Source: an uncultured Dehalococcoidales bacterium (GTDB lineage Bacteria > Chloroflexota > Dehalococcoidia > GIF9 > AB-539-J10). Taken from it: a DNA stretch of 46,575 bases. The notes under the pieces were generated by a model. The model was not told where the DNA came from, ran no database searches, and was given only the letters and a program-made list of their open reading frames with translations. The stretch spans positions 1 to 46,575 of the forward strand of contig CAYVCJ010000001.1 of NCBI GenBank assembly GCA_964450165.1. Direction: 5' to 3'. Below, one piece after another: positions 26,099 through 36,911 of this stretch (the first letter of the stretch is position 1; each line of letters begins with the position of its first letter). The position numbers and the translations under genes were made by a program.

Positions 26099-26603
26099 TT
26101 TGCTCGTCCTTTACAACCTTTTCTGGCTTCCTTAGGCTTGCCAAAGCAAGTATTGTTGCCCTGGCTGTATTAATTCGATTAGAACTTCCCAAGGATTTGC
26201 TAAGAATGTCCCCTATACCTGCCAATTCAAGCACTGCTTTAACTGTATTGTTAGCAATCAAGCCGGCGCCCGGCGCTGCCGGCTTCAGTAAAATCTTAGA
26301 CGCACCAAATTTGGCCAGAACTTCGTGAGGAATGGTACTGTCCGCAAGTGGAACCTCAATCAATTCCTTTTGTGCCGCTGTGTTAGCTTTGCGAATTGCC
26401 TCAGGAACACCGGTGGCTTTACTCGACCCTACTCCCACATGTCCATTGCTATCACCAACCACCACCAAAGCCCTGTAGCGAAGACGACGACCACCTTTAA
26501 CCACCTTAGTTATACGGTCAATAGCTAGTAGCCTCTCGTTAATCTCTAACCCCGAGGGGTCAATTTTAGCTTTTTCACCAATTATCTTAGTAACTACTTT
26601 CAC
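26085..26603 (-). CDS. rpsE: 30S ribosomal protein S5
   Basis: [29 protein letters not shown]. Overlaps rplO by 14 nt, leaving no room for rpmD. Confidence 0.95.
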   Translation of the reverse strand: MKVVTKIIGEKAKIDPSGLEINERLLAIDRITKVVKGGRRLRYRALVVVGDSNGHVGVGSSKATGVPEAIRKANTAAQKELIEVPLADSTIPHEVLAKFGASKILLKPAAPGAGLIANNTVKAVLELAGIGDILSKSLGSSNRINTARATILALASLRKPEKVVKDEQNETG

Positions 26604-26613
26604 TCTAGTAACC

Positions 26614-26979
26614 CTAAAATTCCAATCCAGCTTGCCTGGCAGCCTCGGCTAAAGCTTTGACTCGTCCATGATACTTATATCCACCTCTATCAAAAACTAC
26701 TTGTGTAATACCTTTGTGTATTGCTTTTTGGGCAACCAGCGAACCTACAAATTCAGCTTTCTTTGTTTTCACCTCTTTCCCAAGCTTTTCCTTTGCAATG
26801 GGCTCAACAGTACTTGCTGAAACCAGTGTTTCCCTCGAATAATCATCTATGATCTGTGCATATATGTGATCTGAACTTCGGAAAACACATAACCTAGGGC
26901 GAGAGACTGTACCAGATATTTTCTTCTTTACCCGCTTATGCCGTTCTCGTCGAAGCACTTTTGAATTTGCTTTAAGCAT
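26614..26979 (-). CDS. rplR: 50S ribosomal protein L18
   Basis: [20 protein letters not shown] and [27 protein letters not shown]. Confidence 0.95.
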   Translation of the reverse strand: MLKANSKVLRRERHKRVKKKISGTVSRPRLCVFRSSDHIYAQIIDDYSRETLVSASTVEPIAKEKLGKEVKTKKAEFVGSLVAQKAIHKGITQVVFDRGGYKYHGRVKALAEAARQAGLEF

Positions 26980-26987
26980 TGTATCCG

Positions 26988-27539
26988 CTAGCCTCCACTT
27001 ATTGCCTTACCAGCCTTACCAGGTTTCAGTCGAATTTCCTCTCGACTATATCTAATTCCCTTTCCTTTATAGCAATCTGCGGGACGTATAGCTCTGATTT
27101 CAGCGGCTACCTCCCCCACAACCTCCTTATCAATACCCTTAATGTAAACACGGTTCGTTCCCTCAACGGAAACGGAAATACTAGCGGGAATTTGGAACTC
27201 CACAGGATGACTGTATCCAACCTGAAACAACAATTTATCACCCTTTTCTTGCACCCTATAACCCACTCCCTGCAGCTCTAGAGCTTTTTCAAAACCTTTG
27301 CTAACCCCCTCGACCATATTAGCGATTAAACTACGCGTGAGCCCGTGTAAAGCACGATGCGATCTATCATTACTCTGCCGGGACACTACTATATCCCTTT
27401 CCTCTAATCTAATAGAGATATCTGGGTGAAAGCAACGATAAATTTCTCCCTTGCTCCCTTTTACGGTTACTTTGTTTCCTTGAATATCTATTTGTACATC
27501 TTCAGGCACGGGAACAGGAAGTAATCCGATGCGAGACAT
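26988..27539 (-). CDS. rplF: 50S ribosomal protein L6
   Basis: [31 protein letters not shown]; ATG at 27539. Confidence 0.95.
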   Translation of the reverse strand: MSRIGLLPVPVPEDVQIDIQGNKVTVKGSKGEIYRCFHPDISIRLEERDIVVSRQSNDRSHRALHGLTRSLIANMVEGVSKGFEKALELQGVGYRVQEKGDKLLFQVGYSHPVEFQIPASISVSVEGTNRVYIKGIDKEVVGEVAAEIRAIRPADCYKGKGIRYSREEIRLKPGKAGKAISGG

Positions 27540-27556
27540 ATTACATAACCTCCAAA

Positions 27557-27955
27557 CTACCACACATAAAGTAAAAGCTCACCTCCCAGCCCAAGCTGCC
27601 ATGCTTTCTGGCCAGTCATAATACCCTTAGAGGTAGATAAAATAGACATGCCTAGTCCTCCATAAACACGGGGAATTTCTCCCTTGCCAACATAAATCCT
27701 CAAGCCAGGTTTGCTAACCCTTTCTAATCCCAACAACGCTGGTTGACCCTCTATATACTTGAGATATATTTCTATCGTTGACTGTGGCTTACCCTTAATT
27801 ACCTTGTAATCCTGAATAAACCCTTTATCCTTAAGAACCTCAGCTATGGATAATTTTATTTTAGAGGAGGGTATGACAACGCTATCATGCTTCGCCATAA
27901 TGGCGTTGCGGATTCGAGTCAACATATCAGCGATTGGGTCAGTGCCTACCATCAT
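27557..27955 (-). CDS. rpsH: 30S ribosomal protein S8
   Basis: [14 protein letters not shown] and C-terminal GGELLLYVW. Confidence 0.95.
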   Translation of the reverse strand: MMVGTDPIADMLTRIRNAIMAKHDSVVIPSSKIKLSIAEVLKDKGFIQDYKVIKGKPQSTIEIYLKYIEGQPALLGLERVSKPGLRIYVGKGEIPRVYGGLGMSILSTSKGIMTGQKAWQLGLGGELLLYVW

Positions 27956-27965
27956 AGTGCAGTCC

Positions 27966-28154
27966 TCACCAACTCGACTTTCTCACTCCGGGGATTTGCC
28001 CGGTTAGTGCCAGTTTTCGAAAACAAATGCGGCACAAGCCAAATTTACGCATATAAGCACGTGGGCGTCCACATAATTCGCAGCGATTACGTTGCTGAAC
28101 CTTGTATTTCGGCGAACGTTTCGACTTCACGATCCTAGCTACTTTAGCCATCAC
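27966..28154 (-). CDS. rpsN: 30S ribosomal protein S14, short zinc-ribbon (type Z) form
   Basis: About 61 aa. [22 protein letters not shown]; ends KSSW. Confidence 0.95.
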   Translation of the reverse strand: MMAKVARIVKSKRSPKYKVQQRNRCELCGRPRAYMRKFGLCRICFRKLALTGQIPGVRKSSW

Positions 28155-28695
28155 TCCTACTCCTAAAAGGCATGCCTAAGAATTCCAATAGGCTCATTGC
28201 TTCTTCGTCCGCATTGGCAGTAGTCACTATGGTCACCTGGAGTCCACGGATCTTATCCACTTTATCATATTCAATTTCGGGGAAAACTATTTGCTCCCTC
28301 ATACCTAAATTATAATTTCCACGATTATCAAAAGAAGTTCTCGATACCCCTTGAAAGTCACGAAACCGTGGCAAGGTTATATTGATTAATTTGTCCAGGA
28401 AATCGTACATTCGAGTACCACGCAACGTGACCATCAGACCAATGGGCATACCAGCTCTCAATTTAAATGAGGCGATAGATTTCTTTGCCTGTGTAACCAC
28501 AGGCTTTTGCCCCGAAATTGCTGTCAAATCCTTTTCAGCTGATTCAAGTGCCTTAGGGTCCTGTACCGCCTCTCCCAAACCGATGCTCAAGACAATTTTC
28601 TCTAACTTAGGCACTTGCATCATATTGCTGTAACCAAATTTTTCCTTAAGCTGAGGAACTACTTCCTTTAGGTATTTCTCCCTTAGTCGAGCCAT
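28144..28695 (-). CDS. rplE: 50S ribosomal protein L5
   Basis: [35 protein letters not shown]; ATG at 28695. Confidence 0.95.
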   Translation of the reverse strand: MARLREKYLKEVVPQLKEKFGYSNMMQVPKLEKIVLSIGLGEAVQDPKALESAEKDLTAISGQKPVVTQAKKSIASFKLRAGMPIGLMVTLRGTRMYDFLDKLINITLPRFRDFQGVSRTSFDNRGNYNLGMREQIVFPEIEYDKVDKIRGLQVTIVTTANADEEAMSLLEFLGMPFRSRSDG

Positions 28696-28705
28696 GTTTA
28701 GTATA

Positions 28706-29017
28706 TTAATCAATCACCTCATTACAAGAACGGCAAATTCGCACCTTCTTACCATCATCTAGAAAGCGAAAACCAACGCGCACCGGTTTACCACATTTAT
28801 CGCAAAGTAACATTACATTAGAACAGTGGAGCGGAGCTTCAAGCTCTATTATGCCCGCCTGTCGAGCTGCACCTTGGGTTTTAGAATGACGTTTAATCAG
28901 ATTGACTCCTTCCACCACAACTTTATTCTCCTCAGGAAGAACTTTGCGAACTTTCCCTTTTGCACCTTTCCCTTTGCCAGCAATAACAACAACAGTATCG
29001 TTTCTCCTTATCTTCAT
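28706..29017 (-). CDS. rplX: 50S ribosomal protein L24 (with Cys4 C-terminal knuckle)
   Basis: [23 protein letters not shown] (KOW motif) and CDKCGKP...CRSC. Confidence 0.95.
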   Translation of the reverse strand: MKIRRNDTVVVIAGKGKGAKGKVRKVLPEENKVVVEGVNLIKRHSKTQGAARQAGIIELEAPLHCSNVMLLCDKCGKPVRVGFRFLDDGKKVRICRSCNEVID

Positions 29018-29018
29018 C

Positions 29019-29387
29019 TTATACAACCTCTGGAGCTAACGAAATTATTTTAGCAAAGTTCTTATCTCGTAGTTCTCTAGCCACCGGACCGAAGATACGG
29101 CTTCCTTTAGGATTATTCTTATCGCCAAGAATTACTGCAGCATTCTCATCAAACTTAATATAAGAACCGTCTATGCGACGGTAAGGTTTAGCCACACGAA
29201 CAATCACAGCTCGTACTATTTCGCCTTGTTTCACCATACCATGCGGTATAGCTCGTTTCACCGAAGCTACAATAATATCACCAATGTGAGCATACCTTCT
29301 TCTAGTGCCACCAGGCACATTGATACACATGATCTGCCTAGCTCCTGTATTATCAGCTACTTTAACTCTGCTGTTGGTTTGAATCAT
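29019..29387 (-). CDS. rplN: 50S ribosomal protein L14
   Basis: [22 protein letters not shown]. Confidence 0.95.
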   Translation of the reverse strand: MIQTNSRVKVADNTGARQIMCINVPGGTRRRYAHIGDIIVASVKRAIPHGMVKQGEIVRAVIVRVAKPYRRIDGSYIKFDENAAVILGDKNNPKGSRIFGPVARELRDKNFAKIISLAPEVV

Positions 29388-29658
29388 CTACTTGTACCCC
29401 TATTGGTCTCGATACGAGCTCTGTCACTCGCCATCTTTTTCCCTTAGACAGAGGGCGCGTCTCCATAATTTTTACCTTGTCTCCAACCTTAAAAGCATTA
29501 TCTTCGTCATGAACTTTGTATTTTTTCATGCGTTTTACCAGTTTCTTATATAGTCGATGTCGTCTCACCGTCTCTACAGCTACCACAACAGTTTTATTCA
29601 TTTTGTCACCCACCACTACTCCAGTTCTAATTTTCCTTTTTCCTAACTGACTCGTCAT
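29362..29658 (-). CDS. rpsQ: 30S ribosomal protein S17
   Basis: [17 protein letters not shown]...[17 protein letters not shown] short C-terminal extension overlaps rplN by 26 nt. Confidence 0.9.
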   Translation of the reverse strand: MTSQLGKRKIRTGVVVGDKMNKTVVVAVETVRRHRLYKKLVKRMKKYKVHDEDNAFKVGDKVKIMETRPLSKGKRWRVTELVSRPIGVQVDDSNQQQS

Positions 29659-29849
29659 ATGCCAAGTTCTCTTTCACGAAGAATGGTCTTAAGTCTGCTA
29701 ATCTTCTTCTTAACTCGAGGGACCTCACGATGATTGCCAAGCTGCCGAGTGGCTAGACGGAAACGAAGATTAAACAGCTCTTCATGAGCCTCTTCTAATT
29801 GCTTTAACAGTTCTTCATCGCCAAGAGCACGGATTTCACTAGCCTTCAA
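29655..29849 (-). CDS. rpmC: 50S ribosomal protein L29
   Basis: 64 aa. [23 protein letters not shown]. Confidence 0.95.
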   Translation of the reverse strand: MKASEIRALGDEELLKQLEEAHEELFNLRFRLATRQLGNHREVPRVKKKISRLKTILRERELGI

Positions 29850-30264
29850 CTTTCGTCTCTCCCTTTGTAATAAAGCTGGTAGCGATGGGTAGCTTGTAAG
29901 AAGCCAAGTGCATTGCTTCGCGAGCTAAGTTTTCGCTTATGCCCCCTAGCTCAAAAAGAACTTTACCTCTCTTAGTCACAGCTACCCAGTGGTCAGGAGA
30001 ACCTTTGCCTCCTCCCATCCTTGTCTCTGCCGGCTTCTTAGTTACGACCTTATCTGGGAAAATGCGTAGCCATAATTTGCCACCGCGGCGTATATAGCGC
30101 ACCAAAACACGCCTCGCAGCCTCTATCTGCCTCGCTGTTAGCCAGACAGACTCCTCAGCCCTCAACCCAAAATCGCCAAAGACCACAGTATTACCACTAG
30201 TGGCTTTCCCTCTCAAGTGGCCTCTCTGGACTTTACGATATTTAACCCGTTTCGGTTGTAACAC
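29839..30264 (-). CDS. rplP: 50S ribosomal protein L16
   Basis: [15 protein letters not shown]; GTG start. Confidence 0.95.
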   Translation of the reverse strand: MLQPKRVKYRKVQRGHLRGKATSGNTVVFGDFGLRAEESVWLTARQIEAARRVLVRYIRRGGKLWLRIFPDKVVTKKPAETRMGGGKGSPDHWVAVTKRGKVLFELGGISENLAREAMHLASYKLPIATSFITKGETKVEG

Positions 30265-30904
30265 TTTCCTTCATCACCTCCTCAGGAATGTCGCCTCGAT
30301 AGATCCATGTCTTGACTCCGATACGCCCCATTGCTGTACGAGCTTCAACAAAACCATAGCTTATATCAGCAGATAACTTATGCAACGGCATCTGGCCCTG
30401 ATGTAAAGTCTCAGATCGAGCGATCTCGCGTCCACCAAGCCTGCCACTACATTTTATCTTTATCCCTTTTGCACCTGCCTCTAAAGTTCTAAAAGCTGCC
30501 TGCTTCATTACCCGGCGGAATGGAATTCTGTTTTCAATACGGTCAGCTATATTTTGAGCTACAGGACAAGCTTCAAGCTCCGGACGCTCAACTTCTCGAA
30601 TAGTCAATCTAACTTCCCCACTGCTAATTCTCTGCAATTCTTTCTTTAATATTTCTATATTTTGCCCCCCCCTACCAATCAAGATACCTGGGTGAACGGC
30701 ATAAATGGTTAAATATATCTCGTCCCCAAGTCGCGCGACTTCCACCAAAGAAACACCACTATCACGGCATCTCTGCGCTATAACCTTGCGCAATCTTAAA
30801 TCCTCTTGCAAGAAGCGGCCATAGTCCTTTTCAGCAAACCACTTAGCCTCCCAGCCTCGACTAATGGCCAGCCTGAAACCACGTGGGTCGACTTTTTGTC
30901 CCAA
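30242..30904 (-). CDS. rpsC: 30S ribosomal protein S3
   Basis: [12 protein letters not shown] and KH-domain block [12 protein letters not shown]; TTG start. Confidence 0.95.
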   Translation of the reverse strand: MGQKVDPRGFRLAISRGWEAKWFAEKDYGRFLQEDLRLRKVIAQRCRDSGVSLVEVARLGDEIYLTIYAVHPGILIGRGGQNIEILKKELQRISSGEVRLTIREVERPELEACPVAQNIADRIENRIPFRRVMKQAAFRTLEAGAKGIKIKCSGRLGGREIARSETLHQGQMPLHKLSADISYGFVEARTAMGRIGVKTWIYRGDIPEEVMKESVTTETG

Positions 30905-30906
30905 GG

Positions 30907-31245
30907 TTAACTTTCCTCCTCTGCAATAAACACCGTAATATGGCTGGCTCGTTTTAAAATGGGGTTTACTCTCCCTCTCGCTTGTGGTCGAAATCTCTTC
31001 AAAGTATGCCCTTTATCACAAAAAATCTCACTAATCCTGAGGCCAGCAGGCGACATTTCAAAATTATTTTCAGCATTAGCTGCCGCTGATTTAATCACCT
31101 TGGCTACAGCCTTAGCTGCTGGAGTAGGTAGAAAACTAAGCATTGTTAATGCCTCATCAATTTTTCTACCTCCAACTATATCCGCCACTAAACGAACCTT
31201 TTGGGGTGAGATACCAACGTCTTTAGCTACCGCCTTTACCTTCAT
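30907..31245 (-). CDS. rplV: 50S ribosomal protein L22
   Basis: ISPQKVRLVADIVGGRKIDEAL. Confidence 0.95.
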   Translation of the reverse strand: MKVKAVAKDVGISPQKVRLVADIVGGRKIDEALTMLSFLPTPAAKAVAKVIKSAAANAENNFEMSPAGLRISEIFCDKGHTLKRFRPQARGRVNPILKRASHITVFIAEEES

Positions 31246-31249
31246 TCAG

Positions 31250-31537
31250 TTACTTCCTTGCCTGTACAGTTACTTTAGCCCTTGTAACATGCCCCCTAAA
31301 CGTTCTGGTAGGAGCAAATTCTGCCAACTTATGTCCAACCATACCTTCGGTAATAAAAATAGGTACGTGTCTTCGCCCATTATGAACAGCAATAGTGTGC
31401 CCTATCATTTGAGGAAGGACGGTGGAAGCACGAGCCCAAGTCTTTATTACCGTCTTCTCCCCCGAATTATTCAGCAACTCTATTTTCCTAAGCAATTTAG
31501 CATCGCAATAAGGACCTTTCTTACGTGACCTCGACAT
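31250..31537 (-). CDS. rpsS: 30S ribosomal protein S19
   Basis: [10 protein letters not shown] and [32 protein letters not shown]. Confidence 0.95.
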   Translation of the reverse strand: MSRSRKKGPYCDAKLLRKIELLNNSGEKTVIKTWARASTVLPQMIGHTIAVHNGRRHVPIFITEGMVGHKLAEFAPTRTFRGHVTRAKVTVQARK

Positions 31538-31538
31538 T

Positions 31539-32360
31539 TCACTTCCTTCGCTTAATAATCATTTTATCCGATTTCTTATTACGGCGTGTCTTTGGCCCCA
31601 GTGCCAGCTTTCCCCAAGGTGTTTTAGGAGGCATCCCTCGAGGGGTTCTACCCTCACCCCCTCCATGAGGATGATCTCTTGGAGTCATAGCAGAACCACG
31701 AACTGTAGGACGGAATCCCAACCACCTTCGACACCCTGCCTTACCCAGCACCAAATTCTCATGCTCAACGTTACCCACTTGTCCAACAGTAGCCCAACAC
31801 CTGTGATGAAATTTCCGTAATTCACCTGAGGGCAACCGAAGTGTGACATATTTATCTTCTTTGCTCAATATTTGAGCAGCAGTCCCGGCGCTGTGAACAA
31901 GCCCACCACCTCTACCAGGCTCAAATTCAATATTATGGACTGATGTGCCTGTAGGAATCAAACTAATAGGTAAGGCATTGCCAAGTCTTATGTCAACTTC
32001 TTCTCCCGCCTCCACAACATCTCCCACCTGAAGACCTAAGGGAGCGAGAATATAACGTTTTTCTCCATCAGCATAATAAATTAATGCGATCCGAGCTGAA
32101 CGATTAGGATCATATTCGATTGCAGCTACTTTACCAGGAACGCCAACTTTATCCCTCTTAAAATCGATGATTCTAAGCTTTCGTTTGGCCCCACCACCAC
32201 GGTGACGTACTGTTATTACACCGCGACTATTGCGTCCCCCTTTCTTCCTCAATGGTAACAGCAATGATTTTTCAGGAACTGTCTTAGTTATTTCCTCAAA
32301 ACTAGCTTTGACCATACTTCTCCGACCAGGAGAAGTTGGCTTGTAACTTTTTAATGCCAC
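31539..32360 (-). CDS. rplB: 50S ribosomal protein L2
   Basis: [14 protein letters not shown] and [13 protein letters not shown] start with GGAGG 6 nt upstream. Confidence 0.95.
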   Translation of the reverse strand: MALKSYKPTSPGRRSMVKASFEEITKTVPEKSLLLPLRKKGGRNSRGVITVRHRGGGAKRKLRIIDFKRDKVGVPGKVAAIEYDPNRSARIALIYYADGEKRYILAPLGLQVGDVVEAGEEVDIRLGNALPISLIPTGTSVHNIEFEPGRGGGLVHSAGTAAQILSKEDKYVTLRLPSGELRKFHHRCWATVGQVGNVEHENLVLGKAGCRRWLGFRPTVRGSAMTPRDHPHGGGEGRTPRGMPPKTPWGKLALGPKTRRNKKSDKMIIKRRK

Positions 32361-32380
32361 AAATTACCTCCAATTTATAT

Positions 32381-32476
32381 CTAGGGATGTTTCCTCATCC
32401 ATCGAGTTTTCTTAAGGAGCTTCCGATGATGATGTCTGGACATCTTCTTTTTTCTCCACTTTACTACCGAGCCCAC
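32381..32476 (-). CDS. bS22-like small basic ribosomal protein (AURKAIP1/COX24-type micro-ORF, 31 codons)
   Basis: Hand translation from GTG 32476 gives MGSVVKWRKKKMSRHHHRKLLKKTRWMRKHP, with TAG at 32383-32381. GGGAG lies 7 nt upstream. The ORF fills the otherwise unexplained 128-nt rplW-rplB gap. It resembles, from memory, mycobacterial bS22 [25 protein letters not shown]... Confidence 0.6.
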   Translation of the reverse strand: MGSVVKWRKKKMSRHHHRKLLKKTRWMRKHP

Positions 32477-32488
32477 GATTAACTCCCT

Positions 32489-32773
32489 TTAAACACCTTC
32501 AAAGAAACTGATCTTATCACCTGGTCCCAGAGTAATTACTGCCTTTTTCCATGGTGAACTTGTCACTTCTCTCTTGCCCATTCTCTTCGTCTTCCCAGGT
32601 GTGGTTATCACGTTTACTTTAGATACTTTTACTTTAAATGCCAGCTCAACTGCTTGTTTGATTTGAGCCTTATTAGTTTCTTTAGCCACTTCAAAGACGT
32701 ACTTCTTTCTCTCCTGCAGCAATGTAGCTTTCTCCGAGATTATGGGACGTCGTAAAACTTCATAAGGATGCAT
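32489..32773 (-). CDS. rplW: 50S ribosomal protein L23
   Basis: VLRRPIISEKATLL and KVSKVNVI. Confidence 0.95.
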   Translation of the reverse strand: MHPYEVLRRPIISEKATLLQERKKYVFEVAKETNKAQIKQAVELAFKVKVSKVNVITTPGKTKRMGKREVTSSPWKKAVITLGPGDKISFFEGV

Positions 32774-33407
32774 GCTTAATCACCTTTCTTCCCCAAATTT
32801 GCTCAATTTTATGTATTGCAGGAATGGTAACCATTAGCTCTTGATGGGAAAGCAAATCAGCTATATTAATCAAAGCCGAAGGCAAAACATCTACACTAGC
32901 CAAATTACTAGCTGACCTAACTACATTTGGAGTAGAATCAGCAGTGACAATTAACACTGAAGAATCGATCTCAAACGCCGACAAGATGTTAGTCATTTCC
33001 TTCGTTCCCGGCCTGTCAAAAGTAAACTTTTCCACTACCTTCATATTGCCCTCTCTGACTTTGGCAGAAAGAACACACTTTAGAGCTAGACGCCTCATTT
33101 TCTTAGGCATAGCCTGGTAATATGAGCGAGGGTGGGGCCCAAAAACTATTCCTCCCCCCACGAGAAGCGGTGACCTCAAAGTTCCTCTCCTTGCCCGTCC
33201 TGTATGTTTTTGGAAATAAGCTTTCCTCGTGCTTCCACGAACTGCCCTCCTTGTTTTCGTGGATGCAGTGCCTTGACGCTTATTGGCTAATTGCCTTACT
33301 AAAGCTTGATGAACTACCGCATCATTGAAAGGAAGGTCAAAAATATCATCGCTAACCTCTAGCTGTGTAACAACCTCACCAGATAAATTGTAAACCGAGA
33401 CTTGCAC
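32760..33407 (-). CDS. rplD: 50S ribosomal protein L4
   Basis: [21 protein letters not shown] and [10 protein letters not shown]. Confidence 0.95.
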   Translation of the reverse strand: MQVSVYNLSGEVVTQLEVSDDIFDLPFNDAVVHQALVRQLANKRQGTASTKTRRAVRGSTRKAYFQKHTGRARRGTLRSPLLVGGGIVFGPHPRSYYQAMPKKMRRLALKCVLSAKVREGNMKVVEKFTFDRPGTKEMTNILSAFEIDSSVLIVTADSTPNVVRSASNLASVDVLPSALINIADLLSHQELMVTIPAIHKIEQIWGRKVIKHASL

Positions 33408-34028
33408 TTACAACCTCCCTACTTTCTCAATAAACAGTAATCCCTTGTTAGCCCCAGGTACACCACCTTTTAACAAAAGCAGGTTGTGGTTGGAATCAAC
33501 TTCGATGACCTTGACATTAGGCAGAGTCACTTTCTTCGCTCCCATATGTCCAGCCATACGCTTCCCTTTAAACACCCTGCCTGGAAACGTAGTAGCACCA
33601 ATTGACCCTGGAGCCCGGTGACGGTCAGATTGGCCATGCGTTTTCGGTCCTCCGGCAAAATGATGACGTTTTACTACACCAGCAAAGCCCTTGCCTTTAG
33701 AGAAACCGCTTACATTTACTAAATCACCTTTATTCAGAAAACCGACGTCTATCCGCTGACCAGGCTGATATGAGCTAATATCATTGGTCTTGAATTCATG
33801 AAGATAATGAACTTTCTCTATACCTTTGAGGTGTCCAGATTGAGGCGAATTAAGATGGCTTGCTTTCCCAAAACCAAGCTGGATAGCATTATATCCATCT
33901 TTGCTCTCATCTTTCACCTGAATGACAAAACACGGACCAGCTTCGATAGCAGTCGCTACTATGGCTTCGCCACTCTCCAGAAAAACCTGCGTCATACCTA
34001 CTTTTTTGCCAATAATACCTTGAGCCAT
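33408..34028 (-). CDS. rplC: 50S ribosomal protein L3
   Basis: GIIGKKVGMTQVF and SKGKGFAGVVKRHHFAGGPKTHGQSDRHRAPGSIG. Confidence 0.95.
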   Translation of the reverse strand: MAQGIIGKKVGMTQVFLESGEAIVATAIEAGPCFVIQVKDESKDGYNAIQLGFGKASHLNSPQSGHLKGIEKVHYLHEFKTNDISSYQPGQRIDVGFLNKGDLVNVSGFSKGKGFAGVVKRHHFAGGPKTHGQSDRHRAPGSIGATTFPGRVFKGKRMAGHMGAKKVTLPNVKVIEVDSNHNLLLLKGGVPGANKGLLFIEKVGRL

Positions 34029-34035
34029 CGGTTTA

Positions 34036-34344
34036 TCACAATTTAATATCCACTTGCACTCCAGAGGGTAAGTTAAGTTGACTTAAAGCGTCTATAGTTT
34101 TAGAGCTAGGTTGTAGGATATCTATTAATCGCTTATGTGTGCGAATTTCAAATTGCTCCCTGGAATCTTTGTCAATATTTGGGGAGCGAATAACACAAAA
34201 CTTCTCTATTTTTGTAGGCAAAGGTATAGGACCAACAACTATAGCTCCAGTGCGTTCCACAGTATCCACTATCTGTTTTACCGACTGATCAACCAGTCTA
34301 TGGTCAAACCCTTTTATTTTAACCCGAACTTTCTGGTTGCTCAT
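34036..34344 (-). CDS. rpsJ: 30S ribosomal protein S10
   Basis: [24 protein letters not shown] and [14 protein letters not shown]. Confidence 0.95.
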   Translation of the reverse strand: MSNQKVRVKIKGFDHRLVDQSVKQIVDTVERTGAIVVGPIPLPTKIEKFCVIRSPNIDKDSREQFEIRTHKRLIDILQPSSKTIDALSQLNLPSGVQVDIKL

Positions 34345-36426
34345 CTATTTCACCGCCATTTCAGCCATATGCTGCCTGGCTAAATCGTCAGGTAATTCTT
34401 CGTAACGGCAAAACTCCATAGTGTAATTGGCTCTTCCCTGGCTAAGTGACCTTAAATCTCCCGCGAAACCGAAGGTTTCTGCTAAAGGAACATAGCAGCG
34501 AATGATGCAAAGTGTCTCGTGGGTCTCAATACTCTCAATATGAGCTCTTCTCGAATTCACATCACCCAAAATCTCCCCTAGAAATTGATCCGGGGTGAGT
34601 ATTCCTACCTTCATGATTGGTTCGAGCAGAATGGGCCTAGCCTTAGGTATACCGTTCTTCACCGCAATAGACGCTGCTACGTTAAAAGCTAAATCAGAAG
34701 AATCAACCTCATGGAAACTGCCATCACATAGAATCACTTTGATATCCACCACAGGATACCCAGATACTCCACTTTGTAAAGCTGCTCGACTACCTGCTTC
34801 TATAGCAGAAATGAATTCCCTAGGTATAACCCCACTTCGGATTTGATTAAAAAAGGCGAAACCACTACCTTTTTCACCTGGCTCTAGCCTGAGCCAAACG
34901 TGTCCATATTGCCCTTTACCACCAGATTGACGAATAAATCTCCCTTCCGATTCTACCGAGATGGTTATTGTTTCTTTGTAAGCTACTTGTGGCCTACCAA
35001 CGTTTACCTTTACTCCAAATTCACGAGAGGCACGCTCCGTGAGAACCTCAAGATGAAGCTCGCCCATGCCCGAGATAATAGTTTGACCGGTTTCTGAATC
35101 CTGGTAAAACTTAAACGTTGGATCTTCATCTGTGAGTTTGTTCAAGGTATCGTATAATTTATCCTGATCAGCTTTACTCTTAGGTTCAATTGCCATGGAA
35201 AGCACCGGCTCAGGAAAACGTATAGACTCAAGGAGCAAGGGAGAGGTAATATCACAAATAGTATCACCAGTGAACGTCTTCCTAAGTCCAACAACAGCTA
35301 TAATGGTGCCAGTGTCAGCTTCATCGATTTCCTCCCGCCGATTAGCATGCATAAGATACAGCTTTCCCATCCGTTCCCTCTCATCTCTAGTGGAGTTAAG
35401 AACCTGTGCCCCGGCTCTTACTCTTCCTGAGTACACACGGAGATAACTCAATCTGCCCATAAATGGGTCAGAGACTGTTTTAAAAACCAGCGATGCAAAA
35501 GGACCTTCATCGTTAGGCTGACAAGCAATTCTCGCCCCGTCACTAAGTCTCATTGCGGGGACGGGAGGAATATCCAGAGGCGAAGGGAGATAATCAGCAA
35601 CAGCATCAAGCAGAGGACGTATTCCTTTACCTCGCAAAGCACTACCACAAAGAACAGGAACTACTTGATTAGCTATGGTTGCCCTTCTTATAGCAGCCTT
35701 TAGTAATGAGACTGTAATATCTTGACCTTCGAGATACATTTGCATAATCTGATTATCACTTTCAGCTAACCTTTCAATTAATTTTTCACGGTACTCAGTC
35801 GCTATGGCTCTATCACTCTCCGGAATACTTTCCTTTACAGGCATTAAATCAGGATTGTCAGGAAAGGTGATAGCTTTATTCTCCACGAGGTCAATAACTC
35901 CCCGGAAGAGATTTTCAACCCCTAGAGGAAGCTCTATGGGCAATGGTTTAGCTTGAAGCCGCTCTTCTACCATCCTTACGACATGATAAAAGTCAGCACC
36001 GACTCTGTCCATCTTATTCAGAAAACAAAGCCTGGCTACATTATATCTATCCGCCTGACGCCACACTGTCTCCGATTGAGCCTCAACACCCGCTAAAGCA
36101 TCAAGTATCACGATGCCACCATCCAAGACACGGAGAGCACGTTCTACTTCAGCGGTGAAATCCACATGCCCGGGCGTATCAATGATGTTGATGCGATGCT
36201 CCCGCCAATAGCAAGTAGTGGCTGCCGAAGTAATGGTAATGCCACGCTCGCGCTCCTGTTGCATCCAATCCATAGCCGCAGTGCCTTCGTCCACCCCACC
36301 AATCTTGTAGGTACGCCCGGTATGGTAGAGTACCCTCTCTGTGGTGGTGGTTTTACCAGCGTCTATATGGGCGATAATCCCCATATTGCGTATCTTTTCT
36401 AAAGGAAAAGTTCGTGACACACCCAC
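34345..36426 (-). CDS. fusA: Elongation factor G
   Basis: 693 aa. IRNMGIIAHIDAGKTTTTERVLY, DTPGHVDF and NKMDR. Confidence 0.95.
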   Translation of the reverse strand: MGVSRTFPLEKIRNMGIIAHIDAGKTTTTERVLYHTGRTYKIGGVDEGTAAMDWMQQERERGITITSAATTCYWREHRINIIDTPGHVDFTAEVERALRVLDGGIVILDALAGVEAQSETVWRQADRYNVARLCFLNKMDRVGADFYHVVRMVEERLQAKPLPIELPLGVENLFRGVIDLVENKAITFPDNPDLMPVKESIPESDRAIATEYREKLIERLAESDNQIMQMYLEGQDITVSLLKAAIRRATIANQVVPVLCGSALRGKGIRPLLDAVADYLPSPLDIPPVPAMRLSDGARIACQPNDEGPFASLVFKTVSDPFMGRLSYLRVYSGRVRAGAQVLNSTRDERERMGKLYLMHANRREEIDEADTGTIIAVVGLRKTFTGDTICDITSPLLLESIRFPEPVLSMAIEPKSKADQDKLYDTLNKLTDEDPTFKFYQDSETGQTIISGMGELHLEVLTERASREFGVKVNVGRPQVAYKETITISVESEGRFIRQSGGKGQYGHVWLRLEPGEKGSGFAFFNQIRSGVIPREFISAIEAGSRAALQSGVSGYPVVDIKVILCDGSFHEVDSSDLAFNVAASIAVKNGIPKARPILLEPIMKVGILTPDQFLGEILGDVNSRRAHIESIETHETLCIIRCYVPLAETFGFAGDLRSLSQGRANYTMEFCRYEELPDDLARQHMAEMAVK

Positions 36427-36429
36427 TCC

Positions 36430-36903
36430 TCACCAACGATAATGTACGAAAGCCTTGTTAGCTTCAGCCATCTTGTGAACGTCGCTACGCTTCTTAACCG
36501 CTACACCTTGATCTTGAATGGCACCAATCAACTCGGCAGCTAGCTTTTGCCCCATTGACTTATCATGGCGTGCTCTAGCTGCACTAACTAACCATCTCAT
36601 TGCAAGCGAACGCCCTCTATTTTCTTCTACTTCTACAGGAACTTGATACGTAGCTCCACCGACACGCCGCGGCTTAACCATAACAGCCGGTGTGACATTC
36701 CTAATCGCCTGCTCCAAAACTTCCACAGGGCTACTATTTACTCGTTCACTGGCAAGCGACAGAGCATCATAAACAATGTGCTCCGCAGTGGCTTTCTGCC
36801 CACGCAGCATGAGTTTATTGATGAATTTAGACACAATAACACTTCCGTATTTGGCGTCAGGAGAAATTTCTCTTTTTACTACCTTATTACTTTTTCTCGG
36901 CAT
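36430..36903 (-). CDS. rpsG: 30S ribosomal protein S7
   Basis: KFINKLMLRGQKATAE; ends KAFVHYRW. Confidence 0.95.
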   Translation of the reverse strand: MPRKSNKVVKREISPDAKYGSVIVSKFINKLMLRGQKATAEHIVYDALSLASERVNSSPVEVLEQAIRNVTPAVMVKPRRVGGATYQVPVEVEENRGRSLAMRWLVSAARARHDKSMGQKLAAELIGAIQDQGVAVKKRSDVHKMAEANKAFVHYRW

Positions 36904-36911
36904 ATGCCACC

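Noticed and set aside
30959-31528. A 189-aa plus-strand ORF, and many similar 60-150 aa ORFs antisense to ribosomal, secY, fusA and gyrA genes.
   Set aside because: They lie entirely within strongly recognisable genes on the opposite strand and have no motifs or translation signals. These are standard antisense open frames.
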